A DNA stretch of 64,000 nucleotides from Adineta vaga (GCA_021613535.1 CP075497.1:3100001-3164000); one strand, 5' to 3'; positions 1 through 13,783 are shown, numbered from the stretch's first letter. Notes: a model not told the origin generated them from the letters alone. Translations and numbers: made by a program.

Positions 1-106
1 GCTGAGATGCTGAACGGATGCCAAGTGGATGCCGAGTGGATACCGAGATGCTGAACGGATGCCAAGATGCCCGACAGGTGCTGAGATCTGGTCTGCACTT
101 ACCCCC
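1..106. repeat. GC-rich degenerate tandem repeat, probably the end of an inserted element (runs off the window edge)
   Basis: Repeated units gagatgctgaacggatgccaag (twice) and gatgcc(a/g)agtg. Abrupt switch to AT-rich GPCR coding sequence at about 106. Confidence 0.6.
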
Positions 107-512
107 TTGAAATAAAGATTTGACTGATGATGAAAATGATATGACAATTGTAATTGAATAATCTTCGATGAATGTAGAAAACAATGAAAAGTAAACGAGA
201 TATTCCTTGAATAGCATATGAATAGGATACCATATTGAGAAATGTATAATTGAGATATGCGATAATTCGACACTACCAATCGGTTAAAATCGTTTCTGTA
301 TAGAGAAAATAAATATTAATCGTTGTTATAATTAGATAAAGAATTGTAGATAAACATGTATTACATACAAGAAGATTAGCTGGTAGATAGATAATTTTAC
401 TGAGAGAAATTAAAGTAATAATAAAAATAGAGAGAAATATGGAAATTAATACGGCGATAATAAAAACAGCAAAGACAATTTTCATGTCGACGTAACTATT
501 CAATCGATCCAT
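99..512 (-). pseudogene. Class-A-like 7TM GPCR, disrupted by an in-frame TAG and truncated by the repeat
   Basis: TM1-TM2 (ANLLVCNTCLSTILY), then TDW*CRIIAYLNYTFLNMVSYSYAIQGISRLLFIVFY continues in frame past the TAG at 273-275 (TM3 with conserved Cys and a degenerate DRY-equivalent, SRL). The frame ends in the repeat at about 100-106. Confidence 0.65.
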
Positions 513-940
513 CTTTCAACGAAGAAAATAATGTCGTATTTTCATTACAATAAAACTGATTAATCACGAACAAAATAATGTTTTGAACATAACTGAATAT
601 TCTTACGGTAAAATGATATGTTGACTTTATATTAATAGTGTTTTACTTTCATTTCGGATTTAAATCAATATCGGAATGTATTCAATAATGAAAGAGAATG
701 TGTTTTTCTTTCACACAAATAAACTAAGTCATGATCTACTTGTTATGAACTGTTTTTTCTTACTGTTCAGTATCAAATTAAATATATCGTTCGATCGTGT
801 TCATGTGAATTTTATCCATTTCTGTTCTACTAAAATCGAAATAGAGATTCGCAATATCTTATTGGTTATTTTCATATCTTTTGTTGTAACTAATTGTTTA
901 GATTTAGACGTAATGTACTAAACAACATTCATATTCGAAA

Positions 941-1510
941 ATGAACATACATAATAACAATACATCATCCAAATCTGAACAATCTATCGAAGACGATCTA
1001 TTCATTGTGAATATGTCCGATGAAGTTACTATTAATATATCCGATGAAGAGGCATCTTTCGCACTTTTTGAACAAAATAAAACGATATATGAACTGGAAG
1101 ATGTTTCTACGGAAGATGACGAACAAAAATCATTACCAAATATACCATTTATAAAATTAGTTAAGGATAAACTTTGTTCAATATGTAATATCGATTTAAA
1201 CTTCTGTCCGCATTCAAATTTAACTCCATCTCAACGAAGCAATCGAAGAAAACGATCACGAAGATATTATTTTCAAGTTACTCGTACAATTTATGAACAA
1301 TTTACTATTACACATATCAAGCGAATATTAATTTGTATGAATATCTATTGGGTGAACATTAATGTAGTTAGAAATACTTTATATATCGGACTGAAAGATG
1401 ATCAGATTCGTCAACAAGTAGAAACTTTATTGCACAAAAAAGTGTTTACCAAAGAACATTATCAACGAATTCAAGCAAAAGATTCTCGTTTAGAAATATT
1501 ACGTCATTAA
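941..1510 (+). CDS. Hypothetical intronless 189-aa protein (acidic N-terminus, CxxC-x5-CxH, basic RRKRSRR patch)
   Basis: Long uninterrupted ORF with protein-like composition and AATAAA about 40 nt after the stop. No family recognised. Confidence 0.5.
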   Translation: MNIHNNNTSSKSEQSIEDDLFIVNMSDEVTINISDEEASFALFEQNKTIYELEDVSTEDDEQKSLPNIPFIKLVKDKLCSICNIDLNFCPHSNLTPSQRSNRRKRSRRYYFQVTRTIYEQFTITHIKRILICMNIYWVNINVVRNTLYIGLKDDQIRQQVETLLHKKVFTKEHYQRIQAKDSRLEILRH

Positions 1511-1740
1511 CTGCTTTTTCAGGTTTCTTTGTAACGTTATATGTATAAATAAAATATCGATTCGTTTGTTAGAGACCTCTTTTGGTGTTTGAACTAATAT
1601 ACGAAGGTTTTGACTGGTCAAATTGAAACACTTTGTTCTGACCAATCGGGTGATCGATATAAAAAAAGATGGTTAAAACGACTAGAAGATATAAATTCGA
1701 TTTTAAAAGTAAAAAAAGAACTGCTTGCATAGATTTCAAG

Positions 1741-3613
1741 ATGCCAACAGTATTGTTAATTGATTGTTCGTTGGGGATGGCGGAACGTCTCTCATTTGTA
1801 ATCAAACAAGGAGATAATATGGAAACTACGATGAATATTGAAAAACGTAGTTTAATTGCGAAAATAATCGAATCATTAATGATCAATGATAATACTCCAA
1901 CAAAACTTGAAACGATGGCTGTTGTAAGTATTTTGTCTTTATCTGAATGAAGATAACTCATGTGGTAGTGTACTTAATAGGTATTATTTGCCGGTGAAGA
2001 TACAATTAAAATTGTACAAAATTTTACAAAGAATTCAGATGATATAACAAAAGCTGTTCAAAAACTACCCATTTTTGGTGATTTATCATTGAAATCAGCG
2101 ATTGAATTTTGTAAAAAATATCTAACAACAACATTTGGTGCACAACGATCACAAAAGGTTTATTTTCTACTTTTTATTTTCGTTCAATCATATAAATTAC
2201 AAGATTTAATATTTAGATTTTAGTCTTTACAGATAGTTCACATTGTGATGATGATTCAATCAAAGATTCAAACAATCAAATGGATATCGATTTACGTAAA
2301 CCTATATTCAATGATGAACAAGAAAAAATCTCTTTATCAAATTCCTATACAGATATTTCATTTGTCTGTATACGAAAACCATCGAATAGTGATCATGCAC
2401 GATTGGAAGATATAACTGTTCAAGCTCATTGTTCTTTTTCAAAAATCTATTGGTTATTAAATCAAGAAAAAGAAAATAATACAACAGTAACACAAGATAT
2501 GGTTAAAGATGTAATCACACACATCAAAGCTGATCTAACAGATGTCTTTATTTCTGTACTTAAATGTGGTCATTATGAATCTCAACTTGCTGTTTATCCA
2601 ACAATCAAACCTGCAATCTTGTATGTCGATATTTCAGTTCGATTTAGATACTAGTTTTCGTTTTAGACAAACAACTGGTGAATTACTTCAACCTTCAAAT
2701 ACATTGACAGTCAATGGTTTTATTGAATTATCATCGATACGTAGTGCGATGGCCACATCCAAACATATACTATTACCAATACAACGATACACTCGATCCA
2801 ATTCAACTATGCCGATATTTGCTACAAAGAAATCTGCAGCTGCAACAACGACTGCGTCACCAACACCAGTCAGTCCTTCTGTATCGAATTCGAAAAAATC
2901 AAATACAGCAAATAATTTCTATTATCTATTATTAATATCACTGAAAAAAGAAAAATCTGCTGCATTGATTTCTGTCAATGATCAATGGTTTGGTGTGATT
3001 CATTGTCAAAAATTTGAACGAAAGAAAAAATCAAGTCGATTAATTCTCTCAGTCTTCGAACCCGGTGATTGTATTCCATGGATTTCGAGTTTTGAACGTC
3101 TTGGACCTTATGCTCTTGTATTTCCTCCTGACAATCAAAGTGAATTAGTTTATAAAAAACAACCTTGGCCTGTAAAACCATTTTCAAGAAGTTATACAGA
3201 AACGTTTTTGATCTGGTGTCGACAAAATAATTTTCAGGTAATCATTTTCTCTATCTATAATCTATATGTATGTTATTTTTTTATAGAATGATCTCAATAA
3301 ATTTGTTCGTTCATCAGCTAAATTACCTGACAAAGTCAGTATATTTCATAGAGTAAGTACGAATCTAAATTCAAATGAATAATTTACAAAACAAAACGAA
3401 ATTTTCTAGGAATTGAATAAAATCTGTCGTGGTGCATTTATTTATGGTCTACGTGAACGATTATTTCATTTATTACAAAAACTATTTCAACGTCAAATTC
3501 AATTAGGAAAAATTAAACCTGAAGGTGTTAAACATGTTCAAAGTATTATTAATTATATGAATCGACTCAGTTCATCAGATCGTTATATAAAATATGAAGA
3601 AATGTCTACATAA
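1741..3613 (+). CDS. INTS14: Integrator complex subunit 14 (VWA9), multi-exon
   Basis: N-terminus MPTVLLIDCSLGM resembles INTS14 MPTVVVMDVSLSM. C-terminal PVKPFSRSY...W...NDLNKFVRSSAKLPDK..IFHRELNKICRGAFIYG matches the INTS14 C-terminus. AATAAA directly after the stop. Confidence 0.88.
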
Positions 3614-3687
3614 AAATAAATAATCATCTTTTTATATGTACAAAATCTTTCATCTTACATTTCATTTCAGATAGAGAAAAAACAGTC

Positions 3688-6600
3688 ATGTCTAATGAAA
3701 CTGATTATTTTCCTCGTGGTTCATCAACAACAAAATCTGAAATAAAAACTGATAAATCTCGATTCAATCGTGTTGATCGTGATGATTTATTTGTTAGTAG
3801 TGCACCATCAAAACGAAAACGTTCACAACATGATTCTCAAAAAGTTAAAGAAGAACGGAAGAAAAAATCGAAAAAATCTCTCGATGGTGAAGATCGTCAA
3901 GGAACACTTTACCGTCGATTACATAAACAAGTTTGTATTTCTTCACATTTATCTATCATATTTGAATATTTCTTTTATTCTAGAATCTTACAGAAGGTGT
4001 TCTTATCTGTGGTTGTATTGAAAAAATCACTCCATACGAATTACGTATTAGTCTTCCACATCAAAATATTGGATATGTTCCATTAACAATGATATCAGAT
4101 GAATATACTGAATTAATTCAACAGAAATTATTAAATAATAATCAAGATGAAGATTTCGATAATCTATTTCATCTTGGTCAATATGTGATTTGTCGTGTAA
4201 TTGAAGGTGACACAATTAATGATAATGACAAACCAAATCAACAAAAACGTTTACATCTTTCAATGAATCCAAAAGATGTCTGTGATCAAATAACACCAGA
4301 TAATCTTATTAAAGGAATGGTAAGAAAGATTAGACGAAATTAGAATTGAATTTGTTTGTTTTCGAAGATGTTACCTGGTGTCGTTTCGAGTATTGCTGAT
4401 CATGGTTTTATTATTAACATTGGATTTTCACAAAGAAAAGGTTTCTTACCTAAAGATAAACATTTAAATGAAGGTAATTTGATTGTATTTTGAATTGAGT
4501 TTTATGTCTACACGAATGAATTTTTTATTTAGATAAATTAAAGATTGGATTTCATGGATTATTTCAAATCAAAGAACCTACGACAGCTAATTCACGTATC
4601 GTACCATTGAAACTTCTGGATAACAAAAAAGCAAGACTAGTATGTTCTTATTTGAAATAATACTTTCGATTTTTATAGAACTTTTCATTTAGACATTAGC
4701 ACCAACAAAATTACCTTTTCATATGCTTTTACCTGGTTTAAAGTGTAAAGTGACGGTGGCTAAAGTAATTCTTATAAAAAACGGACTTGTTCTTTCGATC
4801 TATTGATGAAATATTCTAGACACGAATTAATGGTCTTCAAGTAACATTTGGTGAAATCAAAGGATTTATTCATTTACAAGATTTTGAAACATTAAAAACT
4901 CCCATCACTGATTTTGCTCCTGAACAAGAAGTAATGTTATTCTTTAATTAAATACAAAAAAAAGAGAAAATCTTCGTACATTTTCTTTAGCTTGAAGCAA
5001 CAATCTTATCCATTGATCCGACAACAAAATTAATTCACTATTCGATGCAATCACATTTATTAGCATTGACTTTTCCACCATCCATTATTGAAAATGACAT
5101 TCAACCATCAATCATTGGTTCGATTCAAGCATGTATTATTGTACGACATATTGGTTCATCACTTGCGATACGACTTCCAGCATTGAAACAATATGGAATT
5201 GTTTCATCAACACATTTAACAGATGAAAATTATGACGATGTTCAACAAATGTTAAGTTCATTCATAGCTGGACAAAAGACACAGTAGGTTATTCTCTTAT
5301 TTAGAAGCTTTTATAATCCTATTTGACTTCATTCAGATGTCGAATTATTGGTATTTCATTATCAAGTAATTTAGCAATATGTACTTTGAAAAAGTAAGAA
5401 GAGAAATCAACTTTGTTTTCTTTCTAACAATTGATTTTATTTTAGGAGTATTATTGAAGCACCATTTATCACGTATACTGATATTCAAATTGGTAGTTTA
5501 GTTAAAGTAATGATGATTGAAAATATATAGACATAGATCTATTTCGATCGATTTAGGGTACAATAAATCATGTCGATCAACATGGTTTAATTATTAATTT
5601 AACAAAACATATCAATGGTTTTGTACCGATTATTCATAATGCTGATATTCCAATTAAAGAAGCATTACATAAATTTCCATTGAAGAAGAAAGTTCAATGT
5701 CGAGTTAGTTATTCTTTCGATGAAAAATCAAAATATTCATGTTTTTCTCTTGTCTTAGGTTTTACAAGTTGATCCATCACGTCAACGATTAATCTTAACA
5801 ATGAAAAATTCTTTATTAAATACAAAATTACCAATTGTTTCTTCATACAATGATCTACAAACGGATCTTCTTACCATTGGTGTTGTTATATCTATTCAAG
5901 AATATGGTTTGTTAGTAAAATTATTTGGTGATCTATGTGGTTTAGTACCAAAAATGGAAATTGGACAATTACATACATTAACTGGTACAAATATTAAAAG
6001 TCAATTACAACAAATGTTTTATATTGGTCAAACTGTTTCATGTAAAGTGTTGAATTTCGATGCAGAACAAAAGAAGATCACATTAAGTCTTAAAGTAAAT
6101 AGTTATCAATTTCGATATTTAACATTCGAATTCTTTTGTCTTGGTTTAGGTTCCTGGAAAAATGACATTCGGTAGTAAATTAGCACCAGTACCAGCTGAT
6201 TTCTCCATTGGAAAAGTAAGTGAAAATGATGAGCAATGTTTGAGTGAATCCATATCTATTTAGGTTATTCAATGGACTGTAACTGAATGTGAAAATGAAG
6301 AACATTTAAGTGGTAGTGTTGTTACCGAACGTCGACGAAAACCAATATCAATAACTTTAACAAAAAATCATACATCCGATTTCGTTGAACATCAATCATT
6401 ATTAATGCGTCTTGATTTATCAGCAAATAAAAGTCAACAACGTGATGGTATCTATTGGTCTCATTTATCATACATAAATATTTCAATGAAAAAAATTCTC
6501 GTGGAATTTTGTCGACGATCAACACTTCCACAGAAATTTGAAGATTGCACTGTAAATTATTTTCCAATCATTCTAATTCTTTCGTATAACATATTTATTT

Positions 6601-9600
6601 TTAGGCTGGCTCAATTGTTCCAGGTGTTATTCAAAATATTTTTGACTATGGAATTTTTATTGATTTACCAAATACAATTATTGCTTTTGCTCCTCATAAA
6701 CATCTCGATTTACGTGGTTCATTAGAAAATGCTGAGAAAAAATATCGAATCGGTCAAACAGTATTCGTTCGAATTTTACAATTAGATGAAGAAAAACAAC
6801 GTTGTATTGTTTCATTGAAATCATTAATCTATGATGGTGAAATCGCTCAATTGAGTCAAGCTGATTATGTATTAAGATCGTATCTTGATGAAAAATATCA
6901 ATTAATTCAACATATGAAAGAGAATGGTTCAGGTCCATTATCAAAATTCTTTCAAGAAACAACAAAATGGATCGGATTCAAATGTCGATGTTTGATCGAA
7001 AAACGATCGGATACTTGGTTTGTTGGCCGATTAGAAAATGGTCTACCAGCTACATTACCTTACGATGCACATTATTCCATTGGTGATTCTATCGATGGTT
7101 ATATTATTGATTTTAATTTACCTGCTCAACAATTTATTGTCACAGTTGATTTGAAGAAACCAATTAAATATTCGAAAGAATCTTCTCAATCTTTCACACA
7201 ATGTACTATTCTTTGTCAATTACCATCCTATGCTTTAGGTTTAACAACAGATTCCAATCAACTCGTTCATTTACCAACATTTTCAGAATTAAATTCATTT
7301 TATTCAACTTCATCTACAGTTTCCTACAAACGTAATGAACAAGTTGATTTAACTTCATTAATTCCGTACGTATCCGAAGAATTCAATTATATCATTATTC
7401 CATTTGAAGTAACGAAATCTTCAATTGAAAATTATCAAACCAATCAAATCGTACCTGTGACAATTGTTGATGTTCTACCGAAACAATTAAATGTGAAATT
7501 AAATGATGGATCTCGTGGACGTTTACATATCACAGAATTATTCGATAATCCATCGCCCGATAAATTTCAATCATTAAATGAATTTTATCATATTAATCAA
7601 ACATTAAATGCACGAATTATTGGTACAAGAAATATTGAAAAAGATTCGAAACATCAACGACCTGTTTATGAATTATCTCTTCGTGAAAAATCTTCAAAAG
7701 AATATGAAATTGGCGATCGAATTGTTGGATTTTTTGATAAAATCGATGAGAAAACTAAAGGTTATTGGTTTTATTTATCACTTCATACACGTGGTTATAT
7801 TCCACCGGTTATCTTGCAAAAGAATTGTCTGTCGCTCAATGTTGTTACGTAACAATTATGAATAAAACAACGAGTAATAAAGGTGAATATTATACATTAT
7901 CAATGTTTGAAAAGAATCCATCGGAATCCAATGTAACTTACGCAAAATTTAAAGAAATCAAATCGATTAATGAATTTCATTTTGATATAACGAAAAATAA
8001 TGAAACTTATGAAGGAATATTAATATCAACCGATGTTTCGGATGTTTTTGAAGATTTCATCTTTTGGAAATTTTTAATGAATGTTAAACCACCGGTATTA
8101 ATCAACGGACAATTAAATATGAAGAAAGAATTATGGAAATTTCGAAATAGAACTATTCGAGCCTTTATAAAAGAAGAAAATTCCGAGAAAAAACAAATGA
8201 TTTTATCAACAAGAAAATCAAAGTTTGTTTTTTTATCTATTGACAAAGTCTTTTTTTTCCATTTCAATTGTTTAGATTGGATGAAAATCATTTGGATGTT
8301 ATTGATGAAGAAATTGAAACGATTGAACAAATCTCAACAGGTGATATTCTTCATGGTTATATTGATATCTTAACAAATCGTCAAATAACATTATTATTGG
8401 GTGCTGGAAAAGCAATTCTTGGACATGTTGAAAAAGTTGTGAATCGAACATTAAATGGACATTTGAGAGAATTTTTAGATGTTGGAATGATTGTAGAAGC
8501 AATTGTTTTAAAGTAAGAGATTGAGCTTGGAATAGTTTGAAAGAAATAAGTTCATTTTCTAGTGTCGATAAAGAAAAGAATAAATGTCAAATGAAGTTGA
8601 CAGATCAATTTATTGAACAAGTAGTATCAAAACGTTCAAAACGAGATCGTTTATCGAGAACAAATAGTTTGGTAAGAATAATTCCTTTAATTAAAGAAAG
8701 TTTTATAGAATCAACATTTAGAATGGTTCTATTGCTGGTGGTGATGATGATGACACTCGAGAATCAAATGTCAAACGATTAAAAACAGTTGAAGATTCTA
8801 CTGTACCAAGTACTCTTGGTAATGATTTGAAATTCGATTGGAGTGATGATTTATCTGCTCTACGTCCATCGATCGATGATGAGAATGATGTTGAACCAAT
8901 GGATGAATCTATTTCTTCATCATCAACAATGAAAAAACGAAAAGTTGATTTGAATGGTTCAACACCCACTCATCCTCAACGAACACAAGAACAATATGAA
9001 GAACTTGTTAAACAAGCACCTAATGATTCACAATTATGGATTGAATATATGCAATTTTTTATTGATCAAGCTGAAATTGATCGTGCTCGAGCTTTAGTTG
9101 AACGTGCATTAGCAAGTATTTTCTATCGGTAATTGAATTTTAGAAAAGTTGTTGCTCTCTTCCTATAAAACAAAATGATCTGTCTATTCTAGTGAAGAAC
9201 GTGATAAGTTAAATATGTGGATTGCTTATCTTGCACTTGAAAATCGTCATGGTACACCGGAAAAAGTCAATGCGATCCTATCACGTGCATTAGGTAATTG
9301 TGATGGTGTAAAAGTTTATCAACGATTAGCTTGTGATGTTTATGAAAAGAATGAACAGCTTGAAGTAAGGATAAAATATGAATTATTAAATTAAAGATAT
9401 GAGCAATTTTATTACTCTTTGTCTAGGATGCTAATGCTACATTTGCTCTATTGGTTAAGAAATTTAATAAAGATAAACAAGCATGGTTAGAATACATAAT
9501 GTATCTCTTTCGACATCAACAAACTGAACAAGCAAAAGCAATACTTGATAAATCATTTTCAAGTATACCATCAACTGATCGTAAGTCAATGGCACGATTT

Positions 9601-10053
9601 TTAACATTCACTTGTTATATTGTATTTTGTAGATGTTGAAATGATTAACAAATTTGGTCAATTAGAATTTAAATATGGTGATAAAGAACGTGCAAAAACC
9701 CTCTATGAAAAATTACTTGCTAGTTATCCAAAACGTACTGATCTCTGGTCGATCTATATCGATATGTTAATTAAATATGATTCCGATCCATTAATTGTAG
9801 CAAGGTAAGTTTTCCGAAGACATACAAACTCTATTCTATTCGTAATTGAATTGATTATTTTAGATCAATTTTTGATCGCGTACTTTCATTAAATATTCCA
9901 CCGAAGAAAATGAAAGCTTTGATTAAAAAATATCTTCAATTTGAAAAACAATGTGGTACAACAGCTGATCTCAATCGTGCTAAAGAACGTATTACTCAAT
10001 ATGTTAATGCTAACGATGATCCAACAGCTAAATCGAATATCGAAGATTTCTAG
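3688..10053 (+). CDS. PDCD11: rRNA biogenesis protein RRP5 (S1 repeats plus C-terminal HAT/TPR), many exons; one apparent frameshift at about 7807
   Basis: N-terminal FPRG motif, multiple S1 domains, and HAT repeats [65 protein letters not shown]. Confidence 0.93.
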
Positions 10054-10904
10054 ATTGTTTTTAATAAGACATTTGTTTTGTTGTCTTATTATATTTGTTT
10101 TTGTTATTTACAAAAAAAAAATAAGAATAAAAATATCAACAAAATTCGTTGTTTTTCATTGTGTATTGTATTTGTATGAAGAAGAGAAAAATATAGAAAG
10201 AAGAACGAGAAAGATTTGAGTAATAGAATGTGTTCAACCATTCTCTTGACTTTCTCGACTACCATGAACTAAACGAGAAAGAGAGAGAGAGAACAATGTT
10301 GGTTCATGCCTCGTTATTACTTTGTCTCTCATTCTTTTTTTTTTTGATAGCGGTGCACTGTTATGTGAGTTGACTGTAAGTCGTTTTCCGCCTCTTTTTC
10401 TCTCTTCTTCGTTCGCTCGAGCTTTTTTTTTCGCTATTACGATGCAGAACACATTATGACAGTTTTTTTTATTTTGTATCGTTGTATGTCGCATAGTTGA
10501 GGCTATCGAACATCACATGAATGTCGTTTTTCTTTTTTCATATAATTATTGTCTCAAACAAAATAAGAAACCGAATGATGATGGTACGAGAATATGTTGT
10601 TGTTATTTTCTTTTTAACTGAGAAAAAAATTGTCATTAATTTACGCAAAATTACTGAAGACTTTCAATCGTACAGTAGCAGGTTTCTTTGCAGAGTAATT
10701 GTATGAAATAGTTGTGAGTTTGAGTTGAAAAGAAGATTCTAAGCAACAGTAATACATTGAAGAAGTTAAAAATATGGAAATATTTCTTATTTTCTCTATT
10801 TTAGATAAAATTCAAGAATTAATATTGTGTTTCGTTATTTGAAAGACTTTTTTTTCTCTATTTATTTAATATATTTTCCATCGATTAAAGATTATCAGTT
10901 TCCA

Positions 10905-12157
10905 ATGGATAATATTACATTACAGAAACAAGTCGAAAATCTTCGGCAACAACTTAAAGTTGATCGACTTCCATTATCAAGGACATTGATGGAGTGAGTA
11001 ATTCTTTTTATTTTTCTTCCATCTTCGGCTATAGCCTGATCAAGACTATCCCAAATGCATATCTAATAGAAAAAAAAGCATTTAGCAAGAGCACGTATGG
11101 CGCCATTAGACATTATTCGTTCTTCTTATTTCCTTCTTCTTCTTCTTCTTCTTCTCCTCGTCGTCGTCCTAAACTAAAAGCAATCCGACGGCAACGTCGT
11201 CGGCAAGGAAAGATAGTTGAGATGATGAACTGGCATACCATCGGCCGAGAGAAAGAGAAAATAATAGTATCTTTGACGGCAAGTCGTAATAAGAAATACT
11301 AACGAACGAGAAAAAAAGAAAAGAAACGTCCTATACTCGTTCATAGCGAATGTATGTTTATGTGGTAATAATAGCACATCGCCGTTCTTTTTTTCTTTTT
11401 CTTTCTCTCATCGATCTTTATTCGTTCTGTTGCAATACTCACATATTAGTAAAACTACGTATTGCCTGATTTTTTCGCGCTCGCTCGCATCTATTTGGTT
11501 GGTCTCTAATTTGCCAGCTAGCTCTTCGATTCTCTTCTTTCCTCTCCCTCTCTTTTTATCAGAACACGTACACATATCAAGAGCGGTTTTTGTTGCCGCT
11601 GTTGTTGCTGCTGCTGTTGTTGTTGTCCTTTCTTCTCTTTCTCTTTCTCTTCCTTTTCTTTTCTCTGTCTCTTTTTTTTCTGCTCTGAGACCGTGTGTTT
11701 GTCCATTATCATTCTATATTATTTATTGGGAGTACTGTGCGTCATCTAAGAAAATCGGCCTATCAACCAGAAACAAAAACGAAAGTTTTCTACACGATTT
11801 ATCATGGATAAAGGTTCATTGCAAAAACAAATTGATTCATTGCGATATCAATTACGAGTGGAAAAAGTTCCTCTATCGAAAACCCTACAAGAGTAAGTTT
11901 CTCTTATGATCATCTATCAGATGAGTAATCTGTTTATTCACTCATTCTTTCCATTTTCTTGACTTTTAACTCGATTTCTATTCGTTATATAACGATTGTT
12001 TAATTATATAAAAAGAGTATTCTATTTCACTATGATTTTGACTTTATTTAGACTAAAACGATACATTCAAGAAAACGAACAAGCTGATCCACTTATTCAT
12101 CCTCCCGATAAGAAGAACAATCCATGGGCAGAAAAAGGCAAATGCACGGTCATATAA
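10905..12157 (+). CDS. Heterotrimeric G-protein gamma subunit, isoform A (exon 1a 10905-10993 + exon 2 12052-12157)
   Basis: Spliced product [64 protein letters not shown]: GGL domain with DPL and NPW motifs and a CaaX box, close to the Drosophila Ggamma30A type. Phase-2 GT-AG junction. Absent from the ORF track. Confidence 0.88.
11804..12157 (+). CDS. G-protein gamma subunit, isoform B (alternative exon 1b 11804-11892 + the same exon 2)
   Basis: Exon 1b encodes [30 protein letters not shown], is 89 nt like exon 1a, and ends GA|gtaagt in the same phase. Confidence 0.88.
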
Positions 12158-13783
12158 ACAGACATATACACATATTTATAAATATATTTCAAAACAAAAT
12201 CAACTGTTAAAAAGACTCTTGTTGCCTTTCTTTCGTTTTTTCTTTGTCTTTGACACTAACACCACTGATTTGCACTGTTGCTTCATTTGTCGACTAGGAT
12301 GACTGATCGAGTGTCTTGTGTGACAGTTGAATTTTTTTTCTGTTCTTCTCTCCTCTATCTTTCTCTAGTCGGTCAGATCGTGTGTATTTCTGTACAGTGG
12401 ATGACAACGATACAATGAGGATAACCCATAAATCCTTTCAGACGATCTACAGTAGTCACCACTAGTCGTTTTCTTTCTTGTTGTCTTATTTGCGAAAACT
12501 TATCTTTTTAGTTGAATGTGCATCTGTCGGTGGTGTTCATTGTACTATCTTTTACTCTCATCAATGAGTGTCTCTGTATTTCTCTTTCGCTCTTTTTTTT
12601 TAAAATACGGATTGAAGATTTTCTAGTGAGATTTCATTCGTTAGTCTTGGAATTATTTTTTGCTTTTATCTAATTTTTTTTTGAGAAACAACTGGAGAGT
12701 TTAATCGAAAAATCTATTCTTAAATAAGATTGATAGATTTCTTTTTCTGTTCTTGGTTAATTTAGTTTATTATTTATCAATCATCATATCCAAATTATGA
12801 GAAGACAGGGAGAGAGATATTCAATTAGAATGATTGATCATCGGATGAGAAGATGCAATGATTATCTATGAAAAGAGATAACAGTGAATTGCTACAATGA
12901 AATTTTATTTCTGAAAATACGTTCTGTACGTAAAAAAAAGATTTTATCAAACAAGTGCAAGTTTTCTCTCCATAGATAAAATGACGAAGGTCAAACGACT
13001 ATTTCTTGTTACACATATTGTCTAACCTTAGAACACTTTTCGCACATGATGAAATCATGTTATTTTCATAATGTAAACGTGCATTCAGATACTGTAAGAC
13101 CAGAAAAGTATTCTGGGAATCTAGTCATGGTTAATAACCTTTTTGACATTATATCGACTGGGTACAAACACATACTAGATATTGTATACATAATTGATGA
13201 CGGATCTCAGCTGTCAACGTTCCTTGACATTCAAAATGATCTTTTTAAATTTCTCCTGCATAATAATCCAGTCATAACATTAAATTTTAATGAAACATAT
13301 ACGACGCTTATAATTGTTATAACCTTTTTAAATGAACAATACTATAAGTATTTACTTTCTAGGATCTTTTGATCATTTCCAGTAGAGTTTTAGATGTTGC
13401 ATAAAGATAAACTGATTGTCAAAAACTTGATTTCATTTTATCTGCATATTCACTAAAACTAAGACCTTGATTGTAGTTGATCTGTATACTTTGTAATCTA
13501 ACTATAAATACTAACAAGATTTGATGAATAATATTGTTTATCAGGTCACATCAATATCGAAGAAATAGTTTTTAAGGTGTCAAATTTAGTTGCTCTACAT
13601 TCGAAAATGTTAATCTTTGTTATCGTTTGTTGGTCCAAAAATTATTCATCATTGTCAAATATTGAGATTATAGTGTTTTTATCGAATGAAAACAAATCAT
13701 TCATAAGCATTCAGTTTTGAAGAGCCTTACAAAATCGCTTGATTCCGATTGACCTTCGATCTCATTTTGAATTCTAACGATCA

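Noticed and set aside
1669-1740. Upstream ATG extending INTS14
   Set aside because: Homology starts at MPTV (1741), and acceptor-like AGs lie just before it.
10234-11800. ORF-track entries 10234-10494, 10521-10706, 10994-11302, 11174-11377, 11430-11909 and 11518-11712
   Set aside because: Low-complexity translations of CT/GA/GCT microsatellite-rich promoter and intron DNA of the G-gamma gene. The real exon 1b is in another frame.
13046-13372. 108-aa ORF in an intergenic region
   Set aside because: No motif, splice structure or family recognised. It may be decayed sequence.
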